NCBI GenBank assembly: GCA_051362555.1
Contig: CM120643.1
Span: 10,602,001-10,666,000, forward strand
Direction of reading: 5' to 3'
DNA: 64,000 bases
DNA from: Lingula anatina
Taxonomy: Eukaryota > Animalia > Brachiopoda
Part shown: in pieces, positions 30,301 to 44,300 of the stretch
Layout of the letters: each line of letters starts with the position of its first letter
Numbering within the stretch: the first letter of the stretch is position 1
Position numbers and translations under genes: made by a program
The notes under the pieces: model-generated
Told to the model about the DNA's origin: nothing
What the model saw: the letters and a program-made list of their open reading frames with translations, nothing else
Database searches by the model: none

Positions 30301-33300
30301 AGGGTTACCATGACATCTGTGTCACATTCCTCCTTATTGTCAGTGAAGACATTGCATTTGCTTTGGTTGATCAGTTGTCCACAAACCACCTCAGGTAAGA
30401 ATTTAAAAAATAAGTCATTTTTTAGAATGAAAGGTATGGGTGGTGAATACTTTTAAGGTACTAATAAGGTGCATTTACATTCAGCTTTTGATAGCTTAAC
30501 TTAGTATTATACTTTTTAGTTCACAAGACACCAACCATAACTGTAAGAATTCTGTTTACAAATAAAGTAGTTCTGTGGGAGAGTAATGATATCGGTGGCA
30601 AATACTTATGAGGCACTCATGAGGTGAAGTCACAGTCAACTTGTAAGGGTTTCATTTAGGACAAGGGTGGGGCTGTTCTGCCTCTTTTTGGTGGATTAAC
30701 TCCTTACTTTTGAATTAATGGGTTTAGACAATTGCTGGATTTTGAATGAAATGATCAGACGTGAATTTTCAAAGGTGGTTTTTCCTCTTTTTTAAGCCTT
30801 CTATTGTCCCTTTTATGACTTAGATTAATTTATTGTTATAATTTTGATTTTTTTCACTTCAGAGATTTCATGGAAAAAACAATGGAGAAAACTACTAAAA
30901 TATTAAGTTATTTGTATCCAATCCTTGGAAAGGCCAACCCTGAACTCAGAGAATTCATGGAGTTGTAAGTATATGACTCTGCCTAAATTGAGAATATTTT
31001 ATGTAGAATTGTTTTTCTTAATTGGGCAGTATTTGTAGCAATTGACTGCTCCACTTAGCAAGATGCCAGATAGGTTTTTGAATAGTCTACTTTTGAGAAC
31101 AGAGCTTACTCTTCAGACTGATTCATAAGTGTAATATGCTTTTAAGTTAATAACTTTTTGTAGTAATTTATAAAATACTGTTGTATATTGATGAAATTTC
31201 TAAAATTCCGAAATAATTTTTATTAATTATTTTGACAAATTGTATGTTGAGTGCTTACAGCACAAAATTGAACACAAAGTCAAGTTGTATTTTTCATTAT
31301 TTCAGGGCAGAAACGGGCACAATATTTTGTTTAAGCTGGTTGATCACATGGTTTGGTCATGTGCTCAGTGATTTCCGCCATGTTGTCCGGTTATATGACT
31401 TTTTCTTAGCGTGCCATCCCATGATGCCTATATATGTGGCAGCTGCTGTAAGTCGTAGAGATAAACTAGATTTTAAATAATGGAAAAAAATACTTTTTGA
31501 TTACAATGATACATTTCATTCACATATTTATTATGTCCAAAACAGTAAAGACACTAAAAAAAACTGAAAGTGGAGTATGGTATTACTTAAAAGCAGAGGG
31601 ACAAAAAAAAACTGCTTTAGTCTCTGGTTGAAGTAATGCATTCGACTACACTTTGACACACAGCACATATTTTATTAATGTAGCAGCTCTTCTGTTTGTG
31701 ATAAATCCTTTTCCTAATAATTCATGATATTGCTTCAGAGAAATAAAATGTAAATTATTTCCGCTGTGACAAACGCTTGATATTTTTTTCTTCCAGATTG
31801 TACTATATCGTCAAGAGGAGGTGCTACAATGTGAATGCGACATGGCCATGATACACAGTTTATTATCAAAAATACCTGATGGACTTCCCTATGAACAGCT
31901 TATTAGTAAGGCTGGCGACCTTTACCTTCAGTATCCCCCTGAAAAACTGGAACAGGAGGCTAACTTGCAGCTTAAGAAAAGGTGTGGACATATGCTTCGT
32001 ATTTGATATTGTTTTTCACCTAACATTTAAATGTCGCATTTAATAATAAAGACAAGAATTTTTTAATTTATTGTTATTCCAAGCTGTCTTCTCCAGCTTA
32101 ATGTATATAATTTTGATTAGGAAATTTCGATAATACTGAGATTTGCATAAGTCAGTTATTTAAAATCAGTTTCATGTATTATCTTCTATTGTTCACATAT
32201 TTTGAAAAAAAAATTGATGTTGTTTTACGTATGTTAATATGTAATCACAGTTTGCATGTGTGTCTTAAGATTTAGCTGTGAATATTGTGTATTTTGTCAC
32301 TAACTAAAGTGCATGTTTGTTTGATGCCTGATTGTTTTTTACAAGAAAAAAATATTTTGCTAATATTCTGTATTGTAAAAAACAAATGGTTTTTTATTTA
32401 GAACTTTTTTGTTATAATTTGTTTGAACTACTTAACAAATCGACTTCATCATACTTTGATTGTGCTATTAATGCATTGTACAGTAATAGTAAATTCCTTT
32501 TTGCTGCATTGCAACATATTGTGGCTTTATTGCAACCACGAAATATTCAACCAATTTTCAACAGCTTATATTATTAACTGCATTTCTCAAATTTGTGTAA
32601 TTCCTTAATATGTGAGCCCCAAAAAGTGAATAGCATTCAAGTCAAAATTTTTTATTTATTTTATATCAAAAACTATTGAAATTCTTATTTATTATATTTG
32701 TAATAAATGAAAAGTTTGAATTTCGAAATAATTGTTTTAACAAGTGAGGTGCTGGAAATTTGAGTTATATCACCTGATTAACTAACTCACTGTCTACCAC
32801 CTTTTTCCTGTGCTCCCCAGTGGTTTATATGTTGCTAGATTAGATTCTACTGTATCACATACAGCTGGGATTTGAAAAATCCCTCAGTGGATTACAATAT
32901 TGCCTCTGCTTATATACACTGTACAGCAAGTAGCTGCATTCCAATGCTAGACCCCCTTTATGCTATAACATTAAAAATGGCTAACTTAAAAATTAAGGGG
33001 AGGGGGGGATGATAGGAGAGGTCTGATAGCTGGTCTTAATACTGTTATATTTCATAATTAGTTGGTTACTGTAGAATTTGCTTCTGCATGTGGTTGTGGC
33101 TTAATGCATGATTTTCCCCTTTTCCCTTTTTTTCCAGTCAATCAATAACTAATTACAAGAAATTAAAACTTTCATCTCGTAGCCAAGAGCCAGATTCAGT
33201 GCTGAGAGCAAGGCGGAGACAGAAGTTAAAAGAGCAACAGGAACGCCGCCTGGTGGTGATGAATCGACAGGAGCATGGCAGTCGATTGGTGAAAGTAACA

Positions 33301-33390
33301 GTTTGGGCCCTAACGGCTGCCGTTGGAGTTGCAGCCTATGCGGTCATGTACGCAGCTACTGACTTAAATCATTGGTGGTACGGGCACTGA
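27369..33390 (+). CDS. TBC1D20: TBC1 domain family member 20 (Rab1/Rab18 GAP, C-terminal TM anchor)
   Basis: Exons 27369-27441, 27715-27897, 29626-29700, 30019-30113, 30303-30394, 30863-30964, 31306-31447, 31797-31981, 33138-33390. Motifs include LRQLAISRGGLINDELRRQCWPKLL, QVVLDVARSLKRFPPG, HYYQGYHDICVT, FCLSWLITWFGHV and a hydrophobic C-terminus. Confidence 0.95.
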
Positions 33391-35329
33391 TGCAAGTTAA
33401 CTAAATTGATTTATTAGTTAATTTTATTTATTTTGTATAAGGCCACTTATAAGGATGTCATACAAACAGGATGGAATTTAATCTTTTGCAAAGGGCATTG
33501 TGCATTATTTCAATCACGAAAACAAGTTACATGAAAGAAATAAAAAATGGAATTATATCTTTCCAAGACTGCTTTCCTGTTGTTTCAATTGGATTAAAGT
33601 TTCAAAAAGAGATGATATTTACATGTCCTTTTTGCTGGCTTTTCATATAACTGGCTTAGATTTTATGTGGTGGTAGAGATGAGAAATTAAAACGTTGGGG
33701 AATTCGAGGCTCTGGTTTAGAACTACTCATGCATTGCATTTAAAGAATGAAAATAAGAAAGATAGTCTAATCAGTTAAGAAGAACAACTTAGACCTGTTA
33801 TCCTTCCATACAAAATATTACTATGAATACTCAATTAGATGTTGTATAATTATGGAAAACATACTGGATGAGAACTTCAATTGTTTACCTTTATGTGTTT
33901 TGTGACTTGTGTCTTTGAAATTCTTGTGATTTTAGATGTAACTTACAATACATTTCAATAGATAGTAATTGATTGAAGTCTACTTTGTGTAAAATTTGTA
34001 TTGATTTAATTAACAGCTAAGCAAAAGTTGACAACAGTGCGTGATATGTGTAGTATTTTACCTGTGAATTATTTTAACTGCCTTATGATTCTGGCAATCA
34101 TCTGCATATTCAGTTCTAAATTAATGTTTTCTAGTTGTTTTGTGAGTGAATGCATGTTATTTTTTCCTTTTTTTAATGGGTCCTAGGCTCTGAGCCACTC
34201 AATCATGGGTTATTAGTCCCTTTATGTCAGTAGGTGTTGATCAGATACATATGTAAAAGTGGTCACATAATTTTCATCACAAAAAAAGTTCAGATTTACT
34301 AGTTTTAAGAATGAGCTACATGTAATTTTGACTTGGAGACTAAATGATCAGAGTTACCATCCACAATCTTCATGGACCTTCATGAAAATGTTAAAGTGTT
34401 GTAAGCGCAAGTCTCATTGATATGTGTCATATCTAACTTGAGAATAGCATTCTCTTTTCATCTTACCTTTGGACCATATAAAACATTTTCATACTAGTAG
34501 TGTTATTTAAACGGACATTTTAGGTCTTAAACTATTTTGACATGCATTAAGTTGTAGTTCAAAATGTAGAAATCAGTCAGTTTGAAACTAACAGAGCTCA
34601 TTACCGATTACACGTTCCTTATATTAATTTTGTTGGTTACCTTTGTTACAATTTTAAAAACTTGGCAAGTGTTCCTTATTCTTGAACAACGTTTTAAGTT
34701 TTGTAACGGTTTCAGGAAAGATGCCATATGATCCTATGATAAAAAGATATTCCACTTCCATACATGTATATCTTTACCGAATAAGTTATTGAAATTGGTA
34801 ATAAATAATTATTATCTAAATCTGTCTTTGGGTAATAACTGGTATATAACTGTTCAAATGTGCCTTTAATTAATTTTGATTTAATTCTTGAAACATTCAA
34901 ACTAAACCTACAGGGTGTGAAATCATTTTAATAATTGGATTGTCATTATCTACAATAGACAAATTCTCAATTGTTAAAGAAATTTGCAGAGTACAATTAA
35001 TAGCTGATTCATCAGGTCCGTAATGTGCTTTAAGGCAGCGACACCTCGCATTCATACACTGTTTGAGGTGTCTGTCATAAACTTCCACTTGGGCCTGTCT
35101 TGTTTAAATGGCTGTCATCAATCCTAGCCAGATAAACTCGTAATATACTTTTACCTAGAGGAGAAGACGTTTAAACCTTTCCTCAAACTTAAGATGTGGT
35201 AAAACTGAAAATTAAACAATAATTTTAGTGAATATAGTGCATCATCACAAGCTTTATACTTAAAACAAAAGCAGTGTGAAGCAATGCAAATCTCACGAAT
35301 TCATATCCCACATTGGGCTAAGTATTTTA

Positions 35330-35337
35330 TTTCGCGG
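35330..35337 (+). promoter_or_regulatory. E2F-like site upstream of ORC6
   Basis: TTTCGCGG ~45 nt before the ATG. Replication-licensing genes are typically E2F-regulated. Confidence 0.4.
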
Positions 35338-35380
35338 CAAGCTGCAATATTATCACAGAGGACAGCTAGATTGAAAGAAA

Positions 35381-38300
35381 ATGGAAACAAAAATCGTGTC
35401 GTCGTTGGCAGTGAAACTAGGAATACGGTCCCCGAATATAGTAAGGTAAGTTTCTGGGGCACGCCGCACGTTACACTATGAATGTGATGACCACAATTAT
35501 GTCAAATAAAAACCACCGCTGGCACAGGTAGCATTTATCATCAGTATTCTAAGACTAAATTTCGTCCACGCACTTGATTAACTAATTCAGTGAATATAAA
35601 CTCATATAGGTAACTGTTCTTACTGTGATTAGAAGCACAGTCAAGTTCCTGTTTACAGTATCAAGAAGTGCAGGTATATAGTATTTGGTTTTGTTCATGC
35701 TGATTATCCAACCGCCTTGCATTCTTCTTTGTGTTCCCGCCCCCCCCCCCCCCTTCATACACACAAAATTTATAATAATAATAATAATATAACTGCTTTA
35801 TATCACTTTTGAATTAATGTTTACTTAAAAACTTAATGTTTATTATACATTACTTATATATTTGAGTGCATATTTTAGTAATATTAAAAAGCGATTGAAA
35901 TGGGGAAAGTCAAAATAGAATCGAAATATAACACAAAACTGATTTTGCATTTCCAGGAAAGCTGAAGAATATGTTCGCCTGTTGGATATCCGTGGTGGAT
36001 CAAGCACCTTATCTGCCCTGGCACTAACTGGCTCCTGTATATCCGTCATCTGTATAGATCTTGCAGCAAGAACAATGGGAGCCACCAATGATAAAGTAAG
36101 GAATCACGATTACTGTATAAGCTTACTGTTAGTTAATTTTTATAGCCAAATTAAAATTCTGAACAAAGACAAAGATGAATCAGACAAAAATGTGTTATAT
36201 TTCATTTGAATTCGGATATGATTAGCATTTTGCTAAAATTAACTCACTTACTAGTAGATTGAGACATAATGAATTCACATTGAGATTAAATTTTTTTACA
36301 TTTGTTTAAACATTTTGTAGCATGGCTTATTTTCAGCTTTGGCATCTTTCATATTTGTCAGAAACATTTTAAATCTATTTTAATCAATTAAAAGGACACA
36401 AAAGAGGATTTTCGCGCCAAAATTGATTTATCCTGATTTATCCCGAGGTTAACACTACTTTTCCGCGATTTACCAACCTTTAATCTATCATTCCCGGCAC
36501 TCGCCATCGCTCTGTAACATTTTTGGAAAATACAATAAAAAGAAAACCTCCGCTTAAGCGGAGGTTTACCAACAACCACCTCCATTTTCATAATTGAGCT
36601 CTCTAGACTTCCGGATCTCGCGAGATTCTCGTATTGCGACCTAGTTAAAACCAGTTCAAGCTGCCGGGAAAGGACAACGTGAAACAGGAGGCTCAGTTAT
36701 GCTGGGAGTCCTTCGAAGAAGCGAAGACAGATAACAAAAAGAAAAAAGAAACAGCTTTACAAAAAACATGCGTAAAACAGTGTATCAGCAAATGTACGAC
36801 AGGCAAACAATAAACACCGGCGAGGAAGAAGGCAGATGAAAACCTGCTTGGGTGGCCATGGATACGAAGAATGGCCTGGCCGCGAAGTATTTACTGGATT
36901 TGTGAGTACCATTTACAATAATCTTTGAGATAAGACACCAGTGAAAATATTTATTAAGCACAGAGATTTATGTTTATTTACGTGTGTTCGTTGTATTTCT
37001 TAACGATTGTCAGGCTCGTCTGTCAAAATATGCCATGAAATTGTAACTAATCGATATGAGTGGTATCGATAACAGGAATTACAAGTGTTGCTCATATGTC
37101 GACTCTGACAGGGTTTGGGTAAGTTTATACAGCAAAGAAAGTTTGGAAATGGACATGGTGGGAGATACTGGTTTCATTACATGTACATTACCATGGCCGG
37201 GGCGAATTGTTGACCTACCGAGGGCACATTTCTTGTGCCTCTTACATCTGGGCATACAAAACACAGTAATTAAGACGTATGACCAAGATGCTATTTCTTT
37301 AGGCATCTTAATCCCAAAATGAATGTGCAGAAGCTGTTATTGTATATAAGTTTAACTCAGTTTTAAATGGCATGTCAACTATAATTGAAAATATCTTTGA
37401 ATAGTATTTTGATTTTATATTCTAAAGGCAATTAAGTTTCCTTTTTACATTAAAAATAAATAAATAAATCAGAAAGGGGATATTGCATGTTTATGTTTAG
37501 TACATCTGTAAATGGATAAATAGTCCAGAGTAATAATTTAGATCATACAATTTCAACTTTAGAGTCCAACTAGTATTTTGGAGATTAAACCAATATGAAG
37601 TGATCAAGAAACTTCAAAATTAAGTTGTAGTTAATACTAGTGCAGTTGAAGATGACAGTCTAGATAATTTAAGGTGATCATATTGAGAAAATTGGCATTT
37701 ATACTTATTTCAGGTGAATTTTATACTTATTTCAGTTATGTTTTTACATGATTTTTCTCAAACTTGATTATCTTTCTTTTATGTACTGTTGCTTTTTTTG
37801 GTTGCAGTATCAAGGTAACTTTTTCCTATGGGATGCCTGAACTGGAAGAAGTGCAGATGGAATAAGAGGAAGATGCTGAAGAAGAGGGAATTAAAGGATC
37901 CTGATGATCCAACATGGGACTAAAACATGTCTTTAGAGTAAGCAGAATTTTAATAAGCTGATATTCACTCATCATATATTAGGCATTATAGGTGCATGAT
38001 TTCTCTTTTATCAATTTTTTTTCCAAATTGGCAACACATAATGTAAACATAATGCAAGACTCTATTTCTTCCATCAACTGAAACGAGCTAAGCTTTACCA
38101 AAGTATTGTGCACTCAATTCTTGAATATGCCTGCCCTGTGTGGCATCCAGGACTAACTATAGAGCAATGCAAACTCTTAGAGACTGACCAAACTCGTGCT
38201 TTGAAGATTATTTTCCCTGACCTACACTATGATGAAACCCTGAACTTGGCAAATATGTGTACTTTATATAAATGAAGAGATCTGTTCAAAACTTTCTTTT

Positions 38301-41300
38301 ACAAAATAACTGAATTCTCTGACAAACTAAATCACATCTTTATTGAGCAATCCAATCGTCTTTTAAGATCAAACAATAGTAACAAAGTGCCACAATTTAA
38401 GACCAACAGATTCCGATGCTCTTTTATTCCATATGCACTTTTAAATTTCCAATAGAATTATGTTGTCTTTTTTCCTAAGTATAATGATTTTAAAGTTCAA
38501 TTAGCAGTCTTTTAACTCAGTTTTATTCAAGCAAATATTCACTTTATTTTCATTATAATTTTCTTAACACTATGTACAACTTCAACCCACTGAGTTGCAA
38601 TCTTAATAAATTATTATTATTATTGTTATTTTGATTTGCTTTTTTAGACAACTGCCAGTATGATGTCCTGAAGAAGAGTTTTTTACATGGAAGAGGAACT
38701 CCATGGCTCTCCACCAAAAAAAGAGGAACTTTTCTTGAGGGTCCAAATCGGGGACAAGTTGGATAGTGAGAGACTTTTCCTGACTTTCGAGTGCTGCTTA
38801 CAGGATATATTCAATGAACTCATCTTGCCAATGTGACAAAGCATAATCTGCTGACTTCAAACCATCTAGCACTGACATGTATGCTATAATGCAGACAGAT
38901 TGGAAATCAAGGTGGTCTTTCCTCCCAAAACTAAGTCATATGCCTGATATTGAGAATAAACCATTTTGGTCCAGCATTTACTTCTTAAATCTAGATGACA
39001 TCAAATGTATTATGGAATATGGTACTGGTGGCATATTGTGACTTCAACTTGATTTTAAACCAGTGTGTTGTCAGATTTTGTAAGATCACCAGTTGCAGTT
39101 TTGTGACTTTGTTCCAGCATAAAATTCTGTATTTGGCAAGTGACTGTATGTCATTTCTTTTAAGACCTACAAAAATGGTTTGAGTGAACACTTGTGCCTG
39201 TATTCAATTCTCCACAAAGCCATTATTTAGAATTCATGCAGGGAAGCATGCCTGTATTTTTTAAAGAAATATTTATACCTTTCTATTTATTCCCTGCACA
39301 TCTTGGAAAAGTATGTGTGAATATCTTCTGATGAAACAATTTATGTTTGTGTAAGTGGGGTTAGTCCTTTCTCATGACACATCCCTTTGCATGGAGATTT
39401 TTGTGTCAGCTCACATAAGTCAATACACTGACAGAGAGGGGGATAATTTGTTGATCTGCAATCCTCATGGGTCTGCATGTACATCAGACTCTTAACATGA
39501 TAGCCCGGCTGTTAAAGTCTCTCTCAAAAATGTTACCATACTATAGTGTACTGCACAATGTGAAAGTTTGTGAATGCTTGAATGGAAGGCTTTTTTATGA
39601 AGCAAGCATTAATAAGTACGAAAATAATTATGCATTCTAGCTTACAAAATCTGTGTATGTCTTATTCATTACATGTGACAGGTAATAATAAAATTGATTT
39701 GGCCAAATTCCAAACTTATGTAGCAAACTTTATTCTTGTATTTTTGCCAAATATTTGAAATATAAATAAAAGATGTTTCAATATTTAAACTTTTATTTCA
39801 TTCATAATCTCTACCCAGTTAATGTTACATTGATACTGCAGCTTATGCTTTGTACATAACAATATGTTAATAATAATAATAACAGTTGGATAGTACATGT
39901 TGTTAATTTACTAAAGGCCTAGTTCTTAGAAAAACATGTTCGACATTAAAATATATTCTAAAAAAGTTTTCAAGAATTGCATGAGAATTGAATCTTTGGA
40001 TGTATTTGGCAAAATTCTTAAATTATTGAAGAGTTGACAATGCCCAGAAAATAAAAGTCCTTGATGCTCTCTATGATCTCAGTCTTGGCACTTAAAATAC
40101 GTGGGCATTATAATATAAAACTGTTCACTCAGTTTTGGTAAAAGGTGGTGGATTATGTGGTCATTAGTGCACATTTTTTGTAGCAGTCTTTTGCACAACT
40201 TGTCACCCCGACATTGAAGTGAAGCAGTATTGTAAGATTGGAGTGCTTCCTGGTGTGAGTTTTCCAGATATAACTTGAGGCACTGTAATAGTAAAATTAC
40301 ATAAAATGGTTATAAAGAAAAAATGTATTGATATTATCATAACAGCACAATTCTTTAACAAAAATCAACAAATTAGAGGGCATGATCACTACATGATAAC
40401 CAGCTTATTATAAAGAAGCAAGTCTGATTATGGCAAAAAAAAATTAAATTTAAATATCTGCAGCTGCATTAAATCATAAAGGCCACAAGAAGAAATAACA
40501 TAATCACACATGGTTTCAAAGAACTGATGTAAAAAAATCACACTAATATTCCCCACTTGGAATTAGAATTTTAATTGACTAGCTAATTTACTACAGTAAA
40601 GTGCTAAACCGTACCAAATGGCACTGTTCACCCTCTAAAATACCAAAGTTTTAAACAGGCCCAGGACCCCACGCCAACTAGGGGGGGTCGGCTTTGCATC
40701 CGCGGACCCCCCCCCCCCCCCCCCTTTCAAATAATCCTGGATCCGCCCATGTTATACTGCTAAAATTATTAACATACCTGATCTCTTCACTCGTGCTTGA
40801 AGGGGTGTATCACCCAATTCCTCCTCTGAAAGGCTAAAAAATCATTCCTTATAATCATATTCATTGACAATATTATTAAATTTACAAATAAGCTAACGTA
40901 GTTACGTGCCGTACAAAGAACACCCTCTAACCCCACTAGTACTCGAGTTACATTGTATATCTCATGGGATTCCCCTGCGAGAATATGGTGTGAGGTTAGT
41001 CTGTAAGTACTGGTAGATGACCACATTGAGCAGAAAAGGGTATTCCTCCTGCTTTACAGAACTATACACCTCAGGGGTAAAGTGCACTATCTCGCTTCAT
41101 ATAACTAGTATAGTACGTACCCAGTGCGAGTGATTTGGCTGCGAGTGCGTTACCCGAGGAAACGTTAATTATTAGCAGTTATCTACGCTTTTTAACTTCC
41201 TCTGCCAGACATTTTGATTTCCACTGCCATCTTCCCATTTTAAAGTACTTTTGGTAAGTATAACTCGCTCACCTGCAAAGATTCGGTGAGCAATTCCTCT

Positions 41301-44300
41301 TCTCCTTCACGTCCACGCTCACCTTCGAAACGACATGCTGTCTGCATTGTTTACATCTCGTATCTGAGTCGAGAAGCCGCGTTATTTCAAACTGTGTCAA
41401 GATGGCTGACACCCGGGGTTCGAAAGTGGACGGTGAATATGATTCTTTTTTTCGATATTGATTAAGGCCATTTACCTGCCATTTTATGCTTTACCCATAG
41501 CAATTGTTCTCAGATAAGTTAAAAAAGAAGCAATCCATGCACTAAAAAGGCGTTTTTAATCCTATTTTTTGTCCCTTTAATATGCTACCATTCATTGAAA
41601 ACCCTGCAGGTTTTCTTAACCAAGTTTAAAGTGACTTTATTAAAATCAAACTTTCACAGTTAAATATTTATCTTTTAAATTTGTGAAGAAACTTGCTGCC
41701 AAGTTTGCAGGAGTGAACAAGAAAGCCTATACCACTGGATACAAGACTCTAGAACACATGTTAGATCTGCAGCCACACATTTCAATACACAGTCTGGCTG
41801 TGCAGTTTGGTTGTACTAATGCTACTGCCCTGGCTAGACAGGTGCTTCAAAGGTAAGTGTATATGTGCATGCTTAAGAGAGCCTAGATAGTTACTGTCAT
41901 AATAATAATAATAATATTTAATAAAAATAGTAGAAACATTAACTGTTCGCATTCTTTTTTTATTTCAGTGCACGTAATAAAGATAATAGCTGTAATTCTT
42001 TTGCTACGTCTTCTCATTATCATTATTACCCTGGGGTAACGCTAACACTCGCCAATTTAGCCAAATGCTAAAACTGACTTAAATGGGCTAAAGAAAAAGG
42101 GCTTGATTTGACATGTTTTAGCCAAATTTTAACAATTTTGATAACAAATTGACAAAAATGTGGTGATTTGGCTAAGTGAAAAAAATTGCTAGCACTACCC
42201 CAGTTACCTACTTGTAGTATCATTGGTGTGAAATTCTTTTTAAGTCACAACAGATTACTACATGCAGTCCATAATTCACAGAATTATAGCAATGTGTATT
42301 ACACCACAGGTATTCCTTAGAATTCAGTGAGAAGTTGACTGCTGCCCAGAAAGAAGACATGGACTTTACCAGACCAGTTTTCCAGGCCGCTGCTTTATCA
42401 GCAGCATGCAGGTGTGGAAAAGTTTTAATCATTCTGTGTGGGAGGGTCACTACTCAGGGTCTCTTCTGAAGACTGAAAATGTTTTTGCCCCCACCCCCCT
42501 GAAAGTTACCAGTGTCCCATGTTAAGCCTTAAAGGGATAACAACTCTTCATATGAAATCTATATTTCACAACAAAAAACATTGTAAACAACTCATAGAAA
42601 TATAATATATCCTATTTTACCCCGTGCATGATACATATAATGTTACGTCCACTTTGATTTGATTACTTTAAAATGCAAAAAAATATATTAATGTTATCAC
42701 TTCCCTTTGAATGTAGCATGTACTGGTATCATGCTTGTTTTTGATTCTAGGCAATTAAAAACTAAACTAGACAGAAGCAAGCTTATGGAAGTGTCAGGAG
42801 TAAAAAAAGTAGAATTTGACCAGCTTCAGACGGAGATGTCCAAATATGCTAATGTGATACAAGGTAAACTTTTTAAATGTATCTTAATGTGCTCTCAGAG
42901 TTCAAGTGGTTAAAGTATTTACATCAATGTATTGATATATTGGTGCCAAGTATAGTTGTTTCACTATTAAAAAAACAAACAAAAAAATATATAATACATG
43001 TACATAGTAAAACAATACATCTGTGTTATTTAGCATTAAAAACATTAATTTTTTTCATTGACCAAAAATGCACATTGTCAGATATATGTACTGGAAGTGA
43101 ATAGATAACTGCACACAGATATGATTTATTGAGATGAATGCCAATGATATTAAGCCAACATAATATATATTTTTGTAGCTGATCAAAAAGCACCAAAGGG
43201 GAAGAGGAATCGGTCTTTTATAGAAGAACTAGGTCTGTCTTTTCAAGGTAATGTTAAACGTGTTAAATTTATTTACTGTAATTACAGATGGCAAATATCG
43301 ATTAAGTACCCTAAGCAAAAATTGGATTTTGTCATCACAGTTTAATTTAAAACACAGCCAAAAGGCTTAATTGCTAAAGTATTATTTCAATAAAAGTTCG
43401 TCCAACAACAACAAGAAATGGGAAGGAGGGGAGGGGGGATCAGTCATTCAAATCATTTTTTATTTGGTAGTATGACCATGTAGGTTTGTTAGAATACTGT
43501 TCTACATTTTGTTCTTGTTTGAATGCCACTTCAGATGTTTTCTGCAGTGTTAACATGATACATTCTATACTTATGGGAAGAAAGCAGGTGCTCAGTTGCA
43601 ATACCCCTACATAGTTTATTGAACTATTGGCAATTATACTCATCAGGTTGACCACTTGATAAGAGATATTTGATAGTGGTGGTGGGGCAGTCCATTCTCC
43701 ACGGGAGGGGGGAGAGCACTGTCTTTCAAAGCTGCCCCTTTCTTCCTTTTCTCCCCCCCCCAAAAAAAAAAACAGAATGACAAGTCAAGTGAGACAAGGA
43801 AGTTTTTCTATACTTGAATCCTACATAAGGTCACGGGAACCATCAGGACTAGTTGAATTCAGTAGTCCCAGATATCAGGACAGATCGATCTAAAAATCTA
43901 TAGAAATGGGGTGTAAGACATGCTTGTGGGACTACTTTTACAATCTATTTAACTGTCTTCTGCGTAATTTTTATGTATCTCATATTATTCCATCTCATTT
44001 AAACTGATTTATTTTATTCAATTTTTCATTCATCTTTTTAAGGTGGTTATATAAATAAATAAATAATCTATTGATTTATACTTATCTAGTAAGCGAGGCA
44101 ACTTTTTTTACATCCTTGCCCTCCACCCCCACCTCCCCACAAGAGCATCAATATGATAAGCCTTTGTGATTACTCCAGCACCAGAAAGAACAGAGCTTTA
44201 ATAGATTTGCCTTTCTTCCAGATGATGATTTTGTCTCAGATGCTAAAGTTACAAAGGTAGAAGAGGCTAAAGAAGCTGATGACAGTGACTATGAAGAATG

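Larger units (their letters stand above)
36392..41576. mobile_element. Decayed Kolobok-type DNA transposon (5.2 kb) in ORC6 intron 2
   Basis: TTAA on both flanks (36388-36391, 41577-41580). 19-bp TIRs AAGGACACAAAAGAGGATT / AGGGACAAAAAATAGGATT match 16/19. Frameshifted THAP-like remnant (..AWVAM/WIRRMAWPRSIYWICEYHL, ~36770-36916) and transposase-like remnants ERLFLTFECCLQDIF (~38767) and VVRFCKITSCSFVTLFQHKILYL (~39067). Confidence 0.7.

Noticed and set aside
34712-35088. Two - strand ORFs between TBC1D20 and ORC6
   Set aside because: At best a very decayed retroelement tail; no recognisable motif or splice support.
36698-38845. Chain of short ORFs that could be read as a polycistronic or selenoprotein (TGA read-through) gene
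   Set aside because: Better explained as frameshifted THAP/transposase remnants inside a TIR/TTAA-bounded element; no SECIS recognised.
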